A DNA stretch of 64,000 nt, taken from IMG/VR virus record IMGVR_UViG_3300042549_005813. One strand, 5' to 3'. Below the pieces are notes generated by a model that saw only the letters and a program-made list of their open reading frames with translations, had not been told where the DNA came from and searched no databases. Below, one piece after another: positions 26,955 to 36,670 of this stretch. Position numbers and translations under genes: made by a program. This stretch comes from a virus. How positions within the stretch are numbered: position 1 is the first letter of the stretch; the number at the start of each line of letters is the position of its first letter.

Positions 26955-27881
26955 ATGAAGATTGCAGTTTGTTCAGATATTCACCTAGAATTTGGTACTA
27001 TCAGCCTCGACAATACCGAAGGTGCTGATGTACTCATTCTTGGCGGTGATATTTGTGTTGCTAAAGATTTAAATACAAGGGACGAATATGCGCTTGCTGA
27101 CCGCTTTGGCCGCTCTGAGGCGTGGCATACATTCTTTCAAGAATGCTCTGCTAGATTCCCTCATGTTATCTACATCGCTGGAAATCACGAACATTATCAC
27201 GGTGATTTTAGGGATACTATTACAAGGCTTCGTGATAAGCTTGGTTATCTACGCAATTTACATATCTTAGATAAACAAATTCTAACTGTTGATGATGTAA
27301 CATTCATTGGCGGTACTTTGTGGACTGATATGAACAAGGAAGATCCAATTACATTGTTGCACATGAAAGGCATGATGAATGACTTCCGTTGTGTAGATAA
27401 TAGTGACCGTGTGGTCAACTACAAAGCACCAATCTACAAAAAAGATGGGAATGGTGAATACATCACACAAAAAATTGGTGAAGTAAATTCATTGATTGAA
27501 GATGGTTTTGAATTCAAGCAACGTGTTTCTCGGTTCTCACCAGAAGATTCGGTTGAAGACCATCGTAAAATGTTGGGTTACATTCAGTCTGTGATTGAAG
27601 GTAAGTTTGATGAAAAGTTTGTTGTTGTGGGTCACCATGCACCAAGCAAATCATCAACCCATCCTCGTTATGCTGATGAACAGATTATGAATGGTGGTTA
27701 TAGTAGCGCATTGGACGAATACATCATGGATCATCCACAAATCAAATTGTGGACTCATGGTCATACACATGAAGATTTCGACTACATGGTTGGTTCTACT
27801 CGTATTGTTTGTAACCCCCGTGGTTATGATGCATATGAAGACCGTGCTGATAGATTTCAATTGAAATTTGTGGAGGTTTGA
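26955..27881 (+). CDS. calcineurin-like metallophosphoesterase
   Basis: SDIHLE, GDI, GNHE, HHAP, HGHTH. Confidence 0.9.
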   Translation: MKIAVCSDIHLEFGTISLDNTEGADVLILGGDICVAKDLNTRDEYALADRFGRSEAWHTFFQECSARFPHVIYIAGNHEHYHGDFRDTITRLRDKLGYLRNLHILDKQILTVDDVTFIGGTLWTDMNKEDPITLLHMKGMMNDFRCVDNSDRVVNYKAPIYKKDGNGEYITQKIGEVNSLIEDGFEFKQRVSRFSPEDSVEDHRKMLGYIQSVIEGKFDEKFVVVGHHAPSKSSTHPRYADEQIMNGGYSSALDEYIMDHPQIKLWTHGHTHEDFDYMVGSTRIVCNPRGYDAYEDRADRFQLKFVEV

Positions 27882-28138
27882 TGAACGAACAACTTAGAGA
27901 ACTTGTCCGAGAATCTTACCTAGATGTATATGGTCTAGGCAAAGAACGGTATAAGTGGGAATATACAATTGAGAAATTCACCGAGATGATTGTGTTAAGG
28001 TGTACCGATATCATAAAAGAAAATAAACAATTTGCCAAGGATCATAGGTGGTCTTCCCGTGAATTGGCTGATGTATGTGTGTTTGAAATTGAAAAAACTT
28101 TTGGAGTTGAAAATGGAAAAGAAACTGTATCTAGTTGA
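27881..28138 (+). CDS. MNERI-family small phage protein (divergent)
   Basis: MNEQLREL...EKFTEMIV..C...FGVE. Confidence 0.65.
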   Translation: MNEQLRELVRESYLDVYGLGKERYKWEYTIEKFTEMIVLRCTDIIKENKQFAKDHRWSSRELADVCVFEIEKTFGVENGKETVSS

Positions 28139-28397
28139 AACTGTATCAATGTTTCGTATGCGTTATGTGGTTGAGGCTCATGAAGAATCTCATGCACATG
28201 ATGAATTCATTATGGAAATTGGCAAAGATTCTTTCAAAGAATTTTCACAACATCATATTGATGAGGTGATTGTTTCTAGTCGTGAATTATCTGCAAAAGA
28301 TTATTTAAAATTGTTTGACGCAGATAACGATTACTGTAAGAATTGGGACATTGCCGACAAAATGAAATCAATCAACTCCATTGATTACAAAGAATGA
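28113..28397 (+). CDS. hypothetical protein
   Basis: YLVETVSMFRMRYVVEA...EFSQ.H. Confidence 0.7.
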   Translation: MEKKLYLVETVSMFRMRYVVEAHEESHAHDEFIMEIGKDSFKEFSQHHIDEVIVSSRELSAKDYLKLFDADNDYCKNWDIADKMKSINSIDYKE

Positions 28398-29215
28398 AGA
28401 AGATTCTAATCACCGGTAGTTCTGGTTACATTGGCCAACACCTTTGTCAGGTGTTGAGTAATGAATATGTTGTTGGTTTGGATCGTGTGTTCAAACCACA
28501 ACTTGCAGAAAAATTTATACAAGAAGATATTGACAACATGAATTGTTTGAATGACCATTATGATGTTGTGGTTCATTTGGCTGGATTAGTGAATGTCGGT
28601 GATTCTGTAAAATGGCCGATGCGTTACTACCAAACAAATGTTGGTGGTACAATGAATCTTTTGGAACGTGTGAGTTTTGACCATTTCATCTTTGCATCAA
28701 CTGGCGCAGCCTCTGGTGCAGAAAGTCCATATGCAATATCAAAAAAGATTACTGAAACAATTGTTCGTAATTATTGCACATTAACTAACAAAGACCAAAC
28801 AATTTTCAGGTTCTACAACGTTATTGGTTCTGCATACAGAATTGATCCAACGAACCATGATGGTTTGATGTACAATTTAATGAAAGCGAGAGAAACAGGT
28901 GAGTTCAATTTATATGGTAATGATTATGATACACTTGATGGTACCGCAGTTCGTGATTATATACACGTACTTGAAATATGCGAGGCCATTAAACTTGCTA
29001 TTAGACGACCTTCAAATATCCTCTTGGAAAACCTAGGCAGCGGGCAAGGTTACACAGTACAACAAACTATAGATACATTCAAAAAGGTGAATGGTTGTGA
29101 TTTTAAAGTAAATGTGATGCCACGTAGAGCAGGTGACTTAGCACATTCTGTTTTGCATGATGTGTCGCCGTATATGAAAAAAGTTTTTACACTGGAACAA
29201 ATGTTAAAATTATGA
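28394..29215 (+). CDS. NAD-dependent epimerase/dehydratase (GalE-like)
   Basis: ITGSSGYIG, VVHLAG, YAISK (YxxxK), RFYNV.G, DGT.VRDYIHV, RRAGD. Confidence 0.9.
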   Translation: MKKILITGSSGYIGQHLCQVLSNEYVVGLDRVFKPQLAEKFIQEDIDNMNCLNDHYDVVVHLAGLVNVGDSVKWPMRYYQTNVGGTMNLLERVSFDHFIFASTGAASGAESPYAISKKITETIVRNYCTLTNKDQTIFRFYNVIGSAYRIDPTNHDGLMYNLMKARETGEFNLYGNDYDTLDGTAVRDYIHVLEICEAIKLAIRRPSNILLENLGSGQGYTVQQTIDTFKKVNGCDFKVNVMPRRAGDLAHSVLHDVSPYMKKVFTLEQMLKL

Positions 29216-29874
29216 AAATCTATTTCTCAAATTATCGTAACCACTGGATTTCTCCATATACAATTTTGGAGAAGATTTTCTTTTGGCGTGAGATTGACTA
29301 TGATGAACCAATCATCGAAAAGTGGTCCAATCGTCTAATGCCATTGTCAACCGCATACATGAAATTCATGGACTTTATTCATCCACAAATTCGTTATGTA
29401 AAAATCGACAGATGGGATACATGGAATATGGATGGCACATTGTCACCAATTATTCTTCCAATGTTGAAACAGTTGCACACCACGAAACATGGTTCGCCTA
29501 ATGTTGATGATAATGATGTGCCAGAAGAATTGAAGTCTACCTCAGCACCACCAAAAGAAAATGTATATGATGTGGATGCCAATCATTTCAAACGTTTCGA
29601 TTGGGTCATGGATGAAATGATTTGGGCTTTTGAACAACTACAACCAGATAATGATTGGGAACAACTGTACACTTCTGGTGTTGCTGATTGGAATTTTGTG
29701 CCTGTTGATGTAGAAGGCAATGAAGTGCCTAAAAGTGAACAGAGATATACTGAAATGCGCCATGGACCAAATCATACATATGAGATAGATTGGGAAGCTC
29801 GCAACAAACACCAAGAACGCATCACTAATGGTTTGCGTTTGTTCGGCAAATATTATCAAGCACTATGGGACTAA
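29212..29874 (+). CDS. conserved phage hypothetical protein
   Basis: IDRWDTW.MD.TL..II.PMLKQL...KHG.P; GLRLFGKYY..LWD. Confidence 0.8.
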   Translation: MKIYFSNYRNHWISPYTILEKIFFWREIDYDEPIIEKWSNRLMPLSTAYMKFMDFIHPQIRYVKIDRWDTWNMDGTLSPIILPMLKQLHTTKHGSPNVDDNDVPEELKSTSAPPKENVYDVDANHFKRFDWVMDEMIWAFEQLQPDNDWEQLYTSGVADWNFVPVDVEGNEVPKSEQRYTEMRHGPNHTYEIDWEARNKHQERITNGLRLFGKYYQALWD

Positions 29875-29875
29875 T

Positions 29876-30055
29876 ATGGTTAATGTACTACAAAAACTTG
29901 AAGAAGAAATGTCTGAGATAAAACTCCGTATAAAAGAGTTGGAACTCATTGAAAAAGAAAATGTGGCATTGCGTGAATTGGTGCATCACCTTGCAGCACG
30001 ACCTGCACCATATCAACCAGACCCTTATGCACCACCATATAAGGTGACTTGTTAA
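29876..30055 (+). CDS. hypothetical coiled-coil protein
   Basis: ORF track. Confidence 0.55.
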   Translation: MVNVLQKLEEEMSEIKLRIKELELIEKENVALRELVHHLAARPAPYQPDPYAPPYKVTC

Positions 30056-30294
30056 TGTTATCATTCATTCATTATGTGTCGGCCTTACGTAGGTTGAAAG
30101 AATCCGAAAAGACTGTCTATATGTTAGGTGGTGAACAAGAAGCACCACCAATGATCCTGGCGCAACGGGATATGATTAAACATGAAGTTGAATATTATCA
30201 AGAAGAATCCATCAAACTAGCAATCTTTATAGGTGCAGTTGCCTTAATTGGCACCGCAGTGTATAATCTACTTTTACAATTAGGAAAAATATGA
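30055..30294 (+). CDS. membrane-anchored hypothetical protein
   Basis: C-terminal TM helix. Confidence 0.6.
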   Translation: MLSFIHYVSALRRLKESEKTVYMLGGEQEAPPMILAQRDMIKHEVEYYQEESIKLAIFIGAVALIGTAVYNLLLQLGKI

Positions 30295-30545
30295 AAACTT
30301 GGTTACTTTGGTTAAAAGAAAATTATGTGAAACTCGTTGGTTACATACTAATGGTTGTTGCCATTTTATTGTTTATGTTGGCAATTGTCACCAGACCTAC
30401 ACCAACAGTAGATGTATTAAAAGACTTTAAAGATGGTATTCAAAACCACCTTGTATGGTCGATTAAGGGTGAATGTTTCTTTGTACGTCCACACACAGAG
30501 CAAACAGTATATTTAATTCGTGTGGCTGATTGTGATAAGAAATAA
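30291..30545 (+). CDS. membrane-anchored hypothetical protein
   Basis: N-terminal TM helix. Confidence 0.65.
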   Translation: MKTWLLWLKENYVKLVGYILMVVAILLFMLAIVTRPTPTVDVLKDFKDGIQNHLVWSIKGECFFVRPHTEQTVYLIRVADCDKK

Positions 30546-30554
30546 GGAGTCACT

Positions 30555-30863
30555 ATGAGTTTATTTGTTGAAGTCAATTCCCTTGAAAAGGGTTGTCCTG
30601 TTATTATTAATTTGGACCACATTATTGAAATTGCACCATTGGCTAATGGTGGATGTGCATTGTTTACACTCGATGGTGCAGGTATGAATTCTAAAAATGC
30701 CATGAAAGTTTCCGACAGTTATGATTTGTTCAGACAATTCGCTATGCAGACTGTAACAGTAGAAGATATTGAACGCCGTTTTCCTAAAGTTTCTACATCA
30801 TCTGAAACTACAAAGAAAACTAAAAAATCAGAAGAAATTGAAATTCCTAAATTTGGTGGTTAA
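30555..30863 (+). CDS. hypothetical protein
   Basis: AAGGAG RBS. Confidence 0.7.
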   Translation: MSLFVEVNSLEKGCPVIINLDHIIEIAPLANGGCALFTLDGAGMNSKNAMKVSDSYDLFRQFAMQTVTVEDIERRFPKVSTSSETTKKTKKSEEIEIPKFGG

Positions 30864-30866
30864 ACA

Positions 30867-31097
30867 ATGAAGTTTGAAATGGCAGGTCAACACTACAACT
30901 ACTTGGGGGGTTTTAATGACAAACAACCAGGAACAAAAATTACTATAGAATTTGAAGCAGAACAACTGCAAGACATTCTAGAAGAATTTACCATGTTTCT
31001 ACGTGGATGTGGTTTTACAATTAACGGCACATTAGATGTAATACCAGATGAGGAATATTATGCAGCAACTATTCGCACCGACAATTCAATGGATTAA
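30867..31097 (+). CDS. hypothetical protein
   Basis: F..FLRGCGF motif. Confidence 0.65.
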   Translation: MKFEMAGQHYNYLGGFNDKQPGTKITIEFEAEQLQDILEEFTMFLRGCGFTINGTLDVIPDEEYYAATIRTDNSMD

Positions 31098-31347
31098 AAA
31101 TGATTGGCGCAGTAATCACATTCGTTTTGTTATTGAGTTGCTCGCTTGGGCTATTTCTATTGGTTGCAGCATCACTATGGCAGTCACGGTACCAAACCCT
31201 CCACTCTTGGTTCTTTATCCTGTGTGGATTACTGGTTGTGCTCTCTATGCTTGGGCTGCTTATACTCGGAAATCATTTGGGATGCTGGCTAACTACATCT
31301 TGTTGACAGCTATCGACACATTTGGTTTGATTAGGATGTTAACATGA
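31060..31347 (+). CDS. small 3-TM membrane protein
   Basis: hydrophobic helices. Confidence 0.65.
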   Translation: MQQLFAPTIQWIKNDWRSNHIRFVIELLAWAISIGCSITMAVTVPNPPLLVLYPVWITGCALYAWAAYTRKSFGMLANYILLTAIDTFGLIRMLT

Positions 31348-31628
31348 GTACAACTTTAACAACCAATACATTTTACGGCATTTTGCCGAGTGTTAGTGCC
31401 GGAGGCACAGGTATGGCAATGCAGACAACACAAGCAACATCATTCGTAATGGTTGAACCTATCGGTTATGAATTTCAGGTAGTTGAATATATGGAAGGCG
31501 ATAGAATTGCAAAGGTTGCTTTACAGGTTAAACGAAACATACATGACCAATATGGCAACATAAAGACACATGGTATGTGGATGGATGTTCCTAGGATTAA
31601 AATTCCTTATGTGGCGCCTGTGGTGTAA
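31344..31628 (+). CDS. hypothetical protein
   Basis: ATGA overlap; W.DVPRI tail. Confidence 0.6.
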   Translation: MSTTLTTNTFYGILPSVSAGGTGMAMQTTQATSFVMVEPIGYEFQVVEYMEGDRIAKVALQVKRNIHDQYGNIKTHGMWMDVPRIKIPYVAPVV

Positions 31629-31758
31629 AGCTTTAGGTGAAAAGAGTGGTAACAATAACAGCGAGGCCAATAAAATTGCTTGCATCCGGACTGTTATTGT
31701 GTTATCATACATCATAGCCAACCTTTTTATTATTGCCGGAGTAATCCATCACTGGTGA
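31609..31758 (+). CDS. small membrane protein
   Basis: MWRLWCKALGEKSG...EA..IA.IRT...I.AGVI.HW. Confidence 0.65.
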   Translation: MWRLWCKALGEKSGNNNSEANKIACIRTVIVLSYIIANLFIIAGVIHHW

Positions 31759-31762
31759 CAAC

Positions 31763-32317
31763 ATGAACATTTTTTACCTTCACAATGACCCAAAAGTGTG
31801 TGCAGAAATGCATAACGACAAACATTGTATCAAAATGATCCTCGAATATGCTCAATTACTTTCTACTGCTCATCGTGTTCTTGATGGCGTGGAACTTGAA
31901 GGTATTTCTGCTTCAGGAAGAAAAAGGAAATTCTGGACACTAGGTGATAGTCGTGATTATACATTGTATAAGGCTACTCATATCAATCATCCTTCAGCAA
32001 TATGGGTGAGAAAGTCTTATGAAAACTATGAGTGGTTGTATACTATGTTCATTGAATTGATGAAAGAATATACATATCGTTATGGTAAAAACCATGCCTG
32101 CGAAAAATTGATTGAATCACTATACACACCACCAACACATATTCCCAAAGGCGTTGGCTTCACAGAACCAACACCTGCAATGCCTGATGATGTAAAAGTG
32201 GCAGGCGATTCAATCAAGTCATACCGCAATTACTATATAAATAATAAGACGCACCTCGCTTCATGGCGAGGAAAATTTAACTCACGACCAGTGCCAAGCT
32301 GGTTTCAAACCGCATGA
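31763..32317 (+). CDS. pyrimidine-dimer DNA glycosylase (DenV)-like protein
   Basis: MNIFYL..DP..CA..H.DKH..KM.LE.AQLLST.H, YK.TH.NHPS..W.R. Confidence 0.75.
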   Translation: MNIFYLHNDPKVCAEMHNDKHCIKMILEYAQLLSTAHRVLDGVELEGISASGRKRKFWTLGDSRDYTLYKATHINHPSAIWVRKSYENYEWLYTMFIELMKEYTYRYGKNHACEKLIESLYTPPTHIPKGVGFTEPTPAMPDDVKVAGDSIKSYRNYYINNKTHLASWRGKFNSRPVPSWFQTA

Positions 32318-32589
32318 TTTATACATTTTTGAATAAAAATACAAGTGAAATTGAAGAACATACGATGCGCCTTGCAGAGTATGATGAGTTTAAGTTAAAT
32401 AACCCCCATCTAGAACGTTACTTCACAGTCGATGGCATTCCAGGCCTAGGCGATGGTATGCGTATGGACACACCAGGAACTGGTAAGGCCGACTCCACAT
32501 TTGAAAAGTATGTCATCAATCGTATGAAGGAAACTATTCCTGGAAATACAATGAGTGGTCATAAAACTAAAATGCCAAGGGAATGGTAA
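32314..32589 (+). CDS. conserved T4-like hypothetical protein
   Basis: Y.F.N..T.E..E...EYDEF...NPHL. Confidence 0.7.
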   Translation: MIYTFLNKNTSEIEEHTMRLAEYDEFKLNNPHLERYFTVDGIPGLGDGMRMDTPGTGKADSTFEKYVINRMKETIPGNTMSGHKTKMPREW

Positions 32590-32727
32590 TGGCGCAGATA
32601 CCAGCCCTATTTCTACCAAAAAAGAAAATTGAGGAGATACCTGAGGTAAAGAATTCCAGCAAGAATCGGAAGAAAAAGAAACCCGATACTACTAAAAAAG
32701 TTTCAGCAATATTTCAAAGGGGAATTG

Positions 32728-33492
32728 ATGGTTACCAAAAAAACAACAGCCAGATACGCAGCGGAACAGTTACAAGATGATGAGAATAAGACAAGGCATC
32801 AACCAGCAGTAAACAATTCATTGAGAATTAAACCAGACCATCTAAAGACGTTTGATCCACTAACAGAAAATCAAAGATTATTCTTTGAGATGTATAAAGG
32901 CGGTGCCTACTTTATGGGACTATTTGGTAGTCCTGGGGTAGGCAAAACTTTTTTGGCACTATATAAATCATTAGAAGAAGTATTAGACAAGTCCAATTCA
33001 TTCAAACAAGTAGTAGTTGTAAGGTCACTTGTGCAATTACGTGACGTTGGTTATTTACCAGGCAATCTTGAAGAAAAACAAGAAATCTATGAATTACCTT
33101 ACAAAGAGATTGCGGCCACATTATTTGGTCGTTCCGATGCATGGGATAGATTAAAGGAACAAAATCATGTACGATTTATTTCTACTACTGCCATTCGTGG
33201 TATTTCTATTGATGATGCTATTATTATAGTTGATGAAAATCAGAATTTGAATTGGTCAGAAGTAAATACAATTATCACCCGTGTTGGACATAGGTCCAAA
33301 ATCATATTTTCAGGTGATTTTAAACAAACTGATTTGATTAAGAGTAACAAAGACCAAACAGCATTCCATAGTTTCTTGGAAGTGGCACGTAAGATGCCGT
33401 CCTTTCAAGAAATATACTTTACACCAGACGATATTGTTCGTTCCAGTTTAGTTAAACAATGGATTGTGGCCTGTGAAGACCTAGGTTACTAA
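32728..33492 (+). CDS. phoH: PhoH-like ATPase
   Basis: PLT.NQ, GSPGVGKT, G.LPG...EK, IRG, IVDENQN, ITRVG, GD..Q.D, DIVRS. Confidence 0.92.
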   Translation: MVTKKTTARYAAEQLQDDENKTRHQPAVNNSLRIKPDHLKTFDPLTENQRLFFEMYKGGAYFMGLFGSPGVGKTFLALYKSLEEVLDKSNSFKQVVVVRSLVQLRDVGYLPGNLEEKQEIYELPYKEIAATLFGRSDAWDRLKEQNHVRFISTTAIRGISIDDAIIIVDENQNLNWSEVNTIITRVGHRSKIIFSGDFKQTDLIKSNKDQTAFHSFLEVARKMPSFQEIYFTPDDIVRSSLVKQWIVACEDLGY

Positions 33493-33531
33493 GATAAATA
33501 CTATTCCAAACTAAGATAAATACTATTCCAA
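33488..33531 (+). repeat. 22 bp perfect tandem duplication containing a late-promoter-like ATAAATA
   Basis: ACTAAGATAAATACTATTCCAA x2. Confidence 0.92.
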
Positions 33532-33548
33532 TAATAAGAGGAAATAAA

Positions 33549-35000
33549 ATGATTTTTGAAATTGAAGCCACACGATTTGAAGATGGTGATAAAAGAGTTT
33601 TTCACTATGACAATATGGCTAATGTGTTGAAAGATTCTGATGGTAATGTGTTTGAATATCCGGCAGACCAAATGCCACAACATTCTTTGAAACCTTACAA
33701 ACCATTTGACAAGAATCGTCCACTAAAAAAATCAAAATTAATCAGCCATTTGAAGATTCAGATGGGGTTGAGTTGTAACTATTCTTGTGATTATTGTTCA
33801 CAGAAGTTTGTTGAACGCCAACCAGAAACCTCTAAAAAAGATATTGATGTTTTTATGGAGAAATTAGATAATCTTCATTTTGATGAAGATGTTGGTTTAA
33901 GAGTTGAATTTTGGGGTGGTGAACCACTTGTTTATTGGAAAACAATGAAGCCATTGGCTGAGGCCATTGCAGAAAAATTTGACAGTTGGAAAACTAAACC
34001 TATTTTTAGTATCATTACAAATGGTTCTATTTTAACTGATGAAATTATTGATTGGTTAATGATGATGGATTTTGCTGTGTCAATTTCACATGATGGACCG
34101 GGTCAATTTGTACGTGGTCCTGATCCTTTTGATGATCCAGAACAAAAAGAACGTATACTTGGATTCTATCGCATGATGACAAAACTAGGTAAAAGTTTCA
34201 GTTTCAATGCAATGTTGAATGCTAAGAACCAAAGTAGAAAAGAAATCTATGATTGGTTTGTAAATCTCACAGGAGATGAAAATGTTATTATTGGTGAAGG
34301 TTCAATGGTTGATGCCTATGATGAAGAAGGTATTTCGTATTCACTAATCACAAAACAAGAACATTTTGATTTTAGACAGAAGGCTTTTGGTGAGTTATAT
34401 GCTTCTGATGGTAAAATTGGTTTCTTGCCTCAGCTGGGTAAAATTGATGATTTAATGGCCTCAATTTTGAGTCATAGAGAATCTAAATATTTAGGTCAAA
34501 AATGTGGTATGGACGATGAACATACAATTTCAGTTGACCTACGTGGTAATGTGATGACCTGTCAGAACGTAAGTTCTTTGGAAATCTCAAAGAATGGTGA
34601 ATCGCACCATGGTGGTACATTGGATAATTATTCAAATGTTGAATTAAAATCTGTCACACATTGGTCAAATCGTAAAGAGTGTCCAGAATGTCCAGTGTTA
34701 CATATATGTAAAGGTGCATGTATGTTCTTGGATGAAAAATATTGGGATATCTCATGTGCAAATGCATATTCAGATAATGTGGCCTTGTTCGCAGCTGCTT
34801 TCACTGTGATGACAAATGGTTATATACCAACTTTGATTAAGAGTGATACTTTACCATTAGATAGACAAGACATTTTTGGTACGATTTTTGAACATAATGA
34901 AGAAAATAAGAAAAAAATCATACCAATCAAGGTAGTTAAAGAGATTATTGGAACTGTTGATGATGTTGCGGTATATGGCAAATCTCGTTTGGAAACCTAA
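33549..35000 (+). CDS. radical SAM / SPASM-domain maturase
   Basis: CNYSCDYC; FWGGEPL; TNG; ISHDG; SPASM C-X13-G-X4-C...CPECPVLHICKGAC...C. Confidence 0.92.
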   Translation: MIFEIEATRFEDGDKRVFHYDNMANVLKDSDGNVFEYPADQMPQHSLKPYKPFDKNRPLKKSKLISHLKIQMGLSCNYSCDYCSQKFVERQPETSKKDIDVFMEKLDNLHFDEDVGLRVEFWGGEPLVYWKTMKPLAEAIAEKFDSWKTKPIFSIITNGSILTDEIIDWLMMMDFAVSISHDGPGQFVRGPDPFDDPEQKERILGFYRMMTKLGKSFSFNAMLNAKNQSRKEIYDWFVNLTGDENVIIGEGSMVDAYDEEGISYSLITKQEHFDFRQKAFGELYASDGKIGFLPQLGKIDDLMASILSHRESKYLGQKCGMDDEHTISVDLRGNVMTCQNVSSLEISKNGESHHGGTLDNYSNVELKSVTHWSNRKECPECPVLHICKGACMFLDEKYWDISCANAYSDNVALFAAAFTVMTNGYIPTLIKSDTLPLDRQDIFGTIFEHNEENKKKIIPIKVVKEIIGTVDDVAVYGKSRLET

Positions 35001-35034
35001 ATAATAATAACAACATTTTAAAGATAGAGAAAAA

Positions 35035-35991
35035 ATGGCAACACCAGATATAAACAGTTCAATTGCAATTTCTCAAATTAATACTGAGGTTGGTAGAGCT
35101 GCAACCACAGCAAGTACGAGCTTAAACTTTTTAAATGGATTTTTGAAACCTGCTGGCACATTGGTGTTGAATCCCGGTGGTACAGTATCAACACCTAGTC
35201 CACAAAGGCAGTCAAATCCACAGAATATGAACGTATATCGTGGTGGTTTAACTCATTACCAAAAAAATAATGGTGGCAATTGTAATAATGTAAACAATAA
35301 AGAACAGAATTGTAGTGTTTCTGGTTCTTCAAGTATTCAATGTAATGCAACAAATAACTGCACTGCAATTAACTGTGCTAATTGTGATACACAAAAATGG
35401 TTACAAAGCGGAAATTGCCAATTGGCAACCACACCAGTATACAACTGCACGAACAACCAAAATTGTTTCACCTATAATTGTAATTGTTCTAAAATTATTT
35501 GTACCAAGTTGTTTGATTTGGGATTGATGAAGAAAAACATTTTTGTGGCTGACCAAGCATTTGGTGAACAATTAAAGAAAACACATCCGGATATATACAA
35601 TGGTTATCGTGCATGGGCTGAGATTGTTGTTGATTGGATGGACGGTAAAGGACCTAAGATGATGCCTTGGATGTCCGATGAAGATTTTAGTGTTGCTGCA
35701 AAAAAGTGGTCTATCACATGGGCACATGATATTGCAACACCTTGGGCTGAAGAAATGGCCTATATGATGGGTGAAAAAGAAACTGGTAGTTTGACTGGTA
35801 AAATGATGTTTGCATTTGGTACACCAATCTGTAAAGTTATTGGTGTGTGGCAACGCTGGTTTGGACCAAGTAAGAAAGAACCCGGTTTTATTAAAGGTGC
35901 GGGCCTTGTTGTAATTTTTGTTATGTTCAAATTGGTTGCTGAACTTGGACGTTTTATTGAAAAATTTATTCCAAAGAAGAAGGTTGCATAA
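35035..35991 (+). CDS. Asn-Cys repeat protein: virion-like N-terminus, Cys-rich core, KIICT C-terminal domain with TM anchor; putative modification substrate
   Basis: 11 Cys in ~70 aa, 10 preceded by Asn; preceded by CTAAATA at 34997. Confidence 0.8.
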   Translation: MATPDINSSIAISQINTEVGRAATTASTSLNFLNGFLKPAGTLVLNPGGTVSTPSPQRQSNPQNMNVYRGGLTHYQKNNGGNCNNVNNKEQNCSVSGSSSIQCNATNNCTAINCANCDTQKWLQSGNCQLATTPVYNCTNNQNCFTYNCNCSKIICTKLFDLGLMKKNIFVADQAFGEQLKKTHPDIYNGYRAWAEIVVDWMDGKGPKMMPWMSDEDFSVAAKKWSITWAHDIATPWAEEMAYMMGEKETGSLTGKMMFAFGTPICKVIGVWQRWFGPSKKEPGFIKGAGLVVIFVMFKLVAELGRFIEKFIPKKKVA

Positions 35992-36284
35992 TGCCAACAT
36001 ATTCCATTAAAAGACCGGTTAAAATTTTAACGGATGATAGTGCAAAATATGTTGATGAACATATGACTTTTTTCTTTAATACATTCAGTTCAAATGCGTT
36101 TAATGCTTTAAACAAAGAAAAAAAGGAACGTGTTTATAAAGCACTAACTTACCATGAAAACATATTAATTAAGTTGTTTGGAAATTCGTTGTTAAAGAGT
36201 GATGTTTTTCTCCCAGAATTATTAAGAAATTCAGTAGATGTAATACAAGTTCATGAATATAAAGAATGGTTGGATAAACAATGA
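35991..36284 (+). CDS. hypothetical protein (paralogue of the next gene)
   Basis: TAATG coupling; L..E.K......E..L..LF...E.KEW..KQ shared. Confidence 0.7.
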   Translation: MPTYSIKRPVKILTDDSAKYVDEHMTFFFNTFSSNAFNALNKEKKERVYKALTYHENILIKLFGNSLLKSDVFLPELLRNSVDVIQVHEYKEWLDKQ

Positions 36285-36661
36285 AAAAATATTCTTACAC
36301 ATATTTTCCGACCATAAAAACTTATGAAGGTGATAATATATTATTGGATACTAAAGTTATTTCAGATTTTTTAAAAAAAACTTTTATGGAAAGAATTTTA
36401 AATTTAACTGAAGAAGAAAAAAATGAATATTTTACTGTAGCTTATGAGTATGAAGATGTATTGACGGAACTTTTTGATTCTCAAGTAGAAAAAGTGGTAC
36501 AAGCTAATTGGACAATGGATCCATTATACAGAAATCCAATAGAAGAATATGAAAATTATGTATCATTACCAAAAGATGAGGATTTAACAGATGAGGAACA
36601 TGAGTTGAAATTACAAGTATTAAAAGAATTTAAAGAATGGTTTGAAAAACAAAACTATTGA
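36281..36661 (+). CDS. hypothetical protein (paralogue of the previous gene)
   Basis: ATGA overlap. Confidence 0.7.
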   Translation: MKKYSYTYFPTIKTYEGDNILLDTKVISDFLKKTFMERILNLTEEEKNEYFTVAYEYEDVLTELFDSQVEKVVQANWTMDPLYRNPIEEYENYVSLPKDEDLTDEEHELKLQVLKEFKEWFEKQNY

Positions 36662-36670
36662 TTTTTTATT

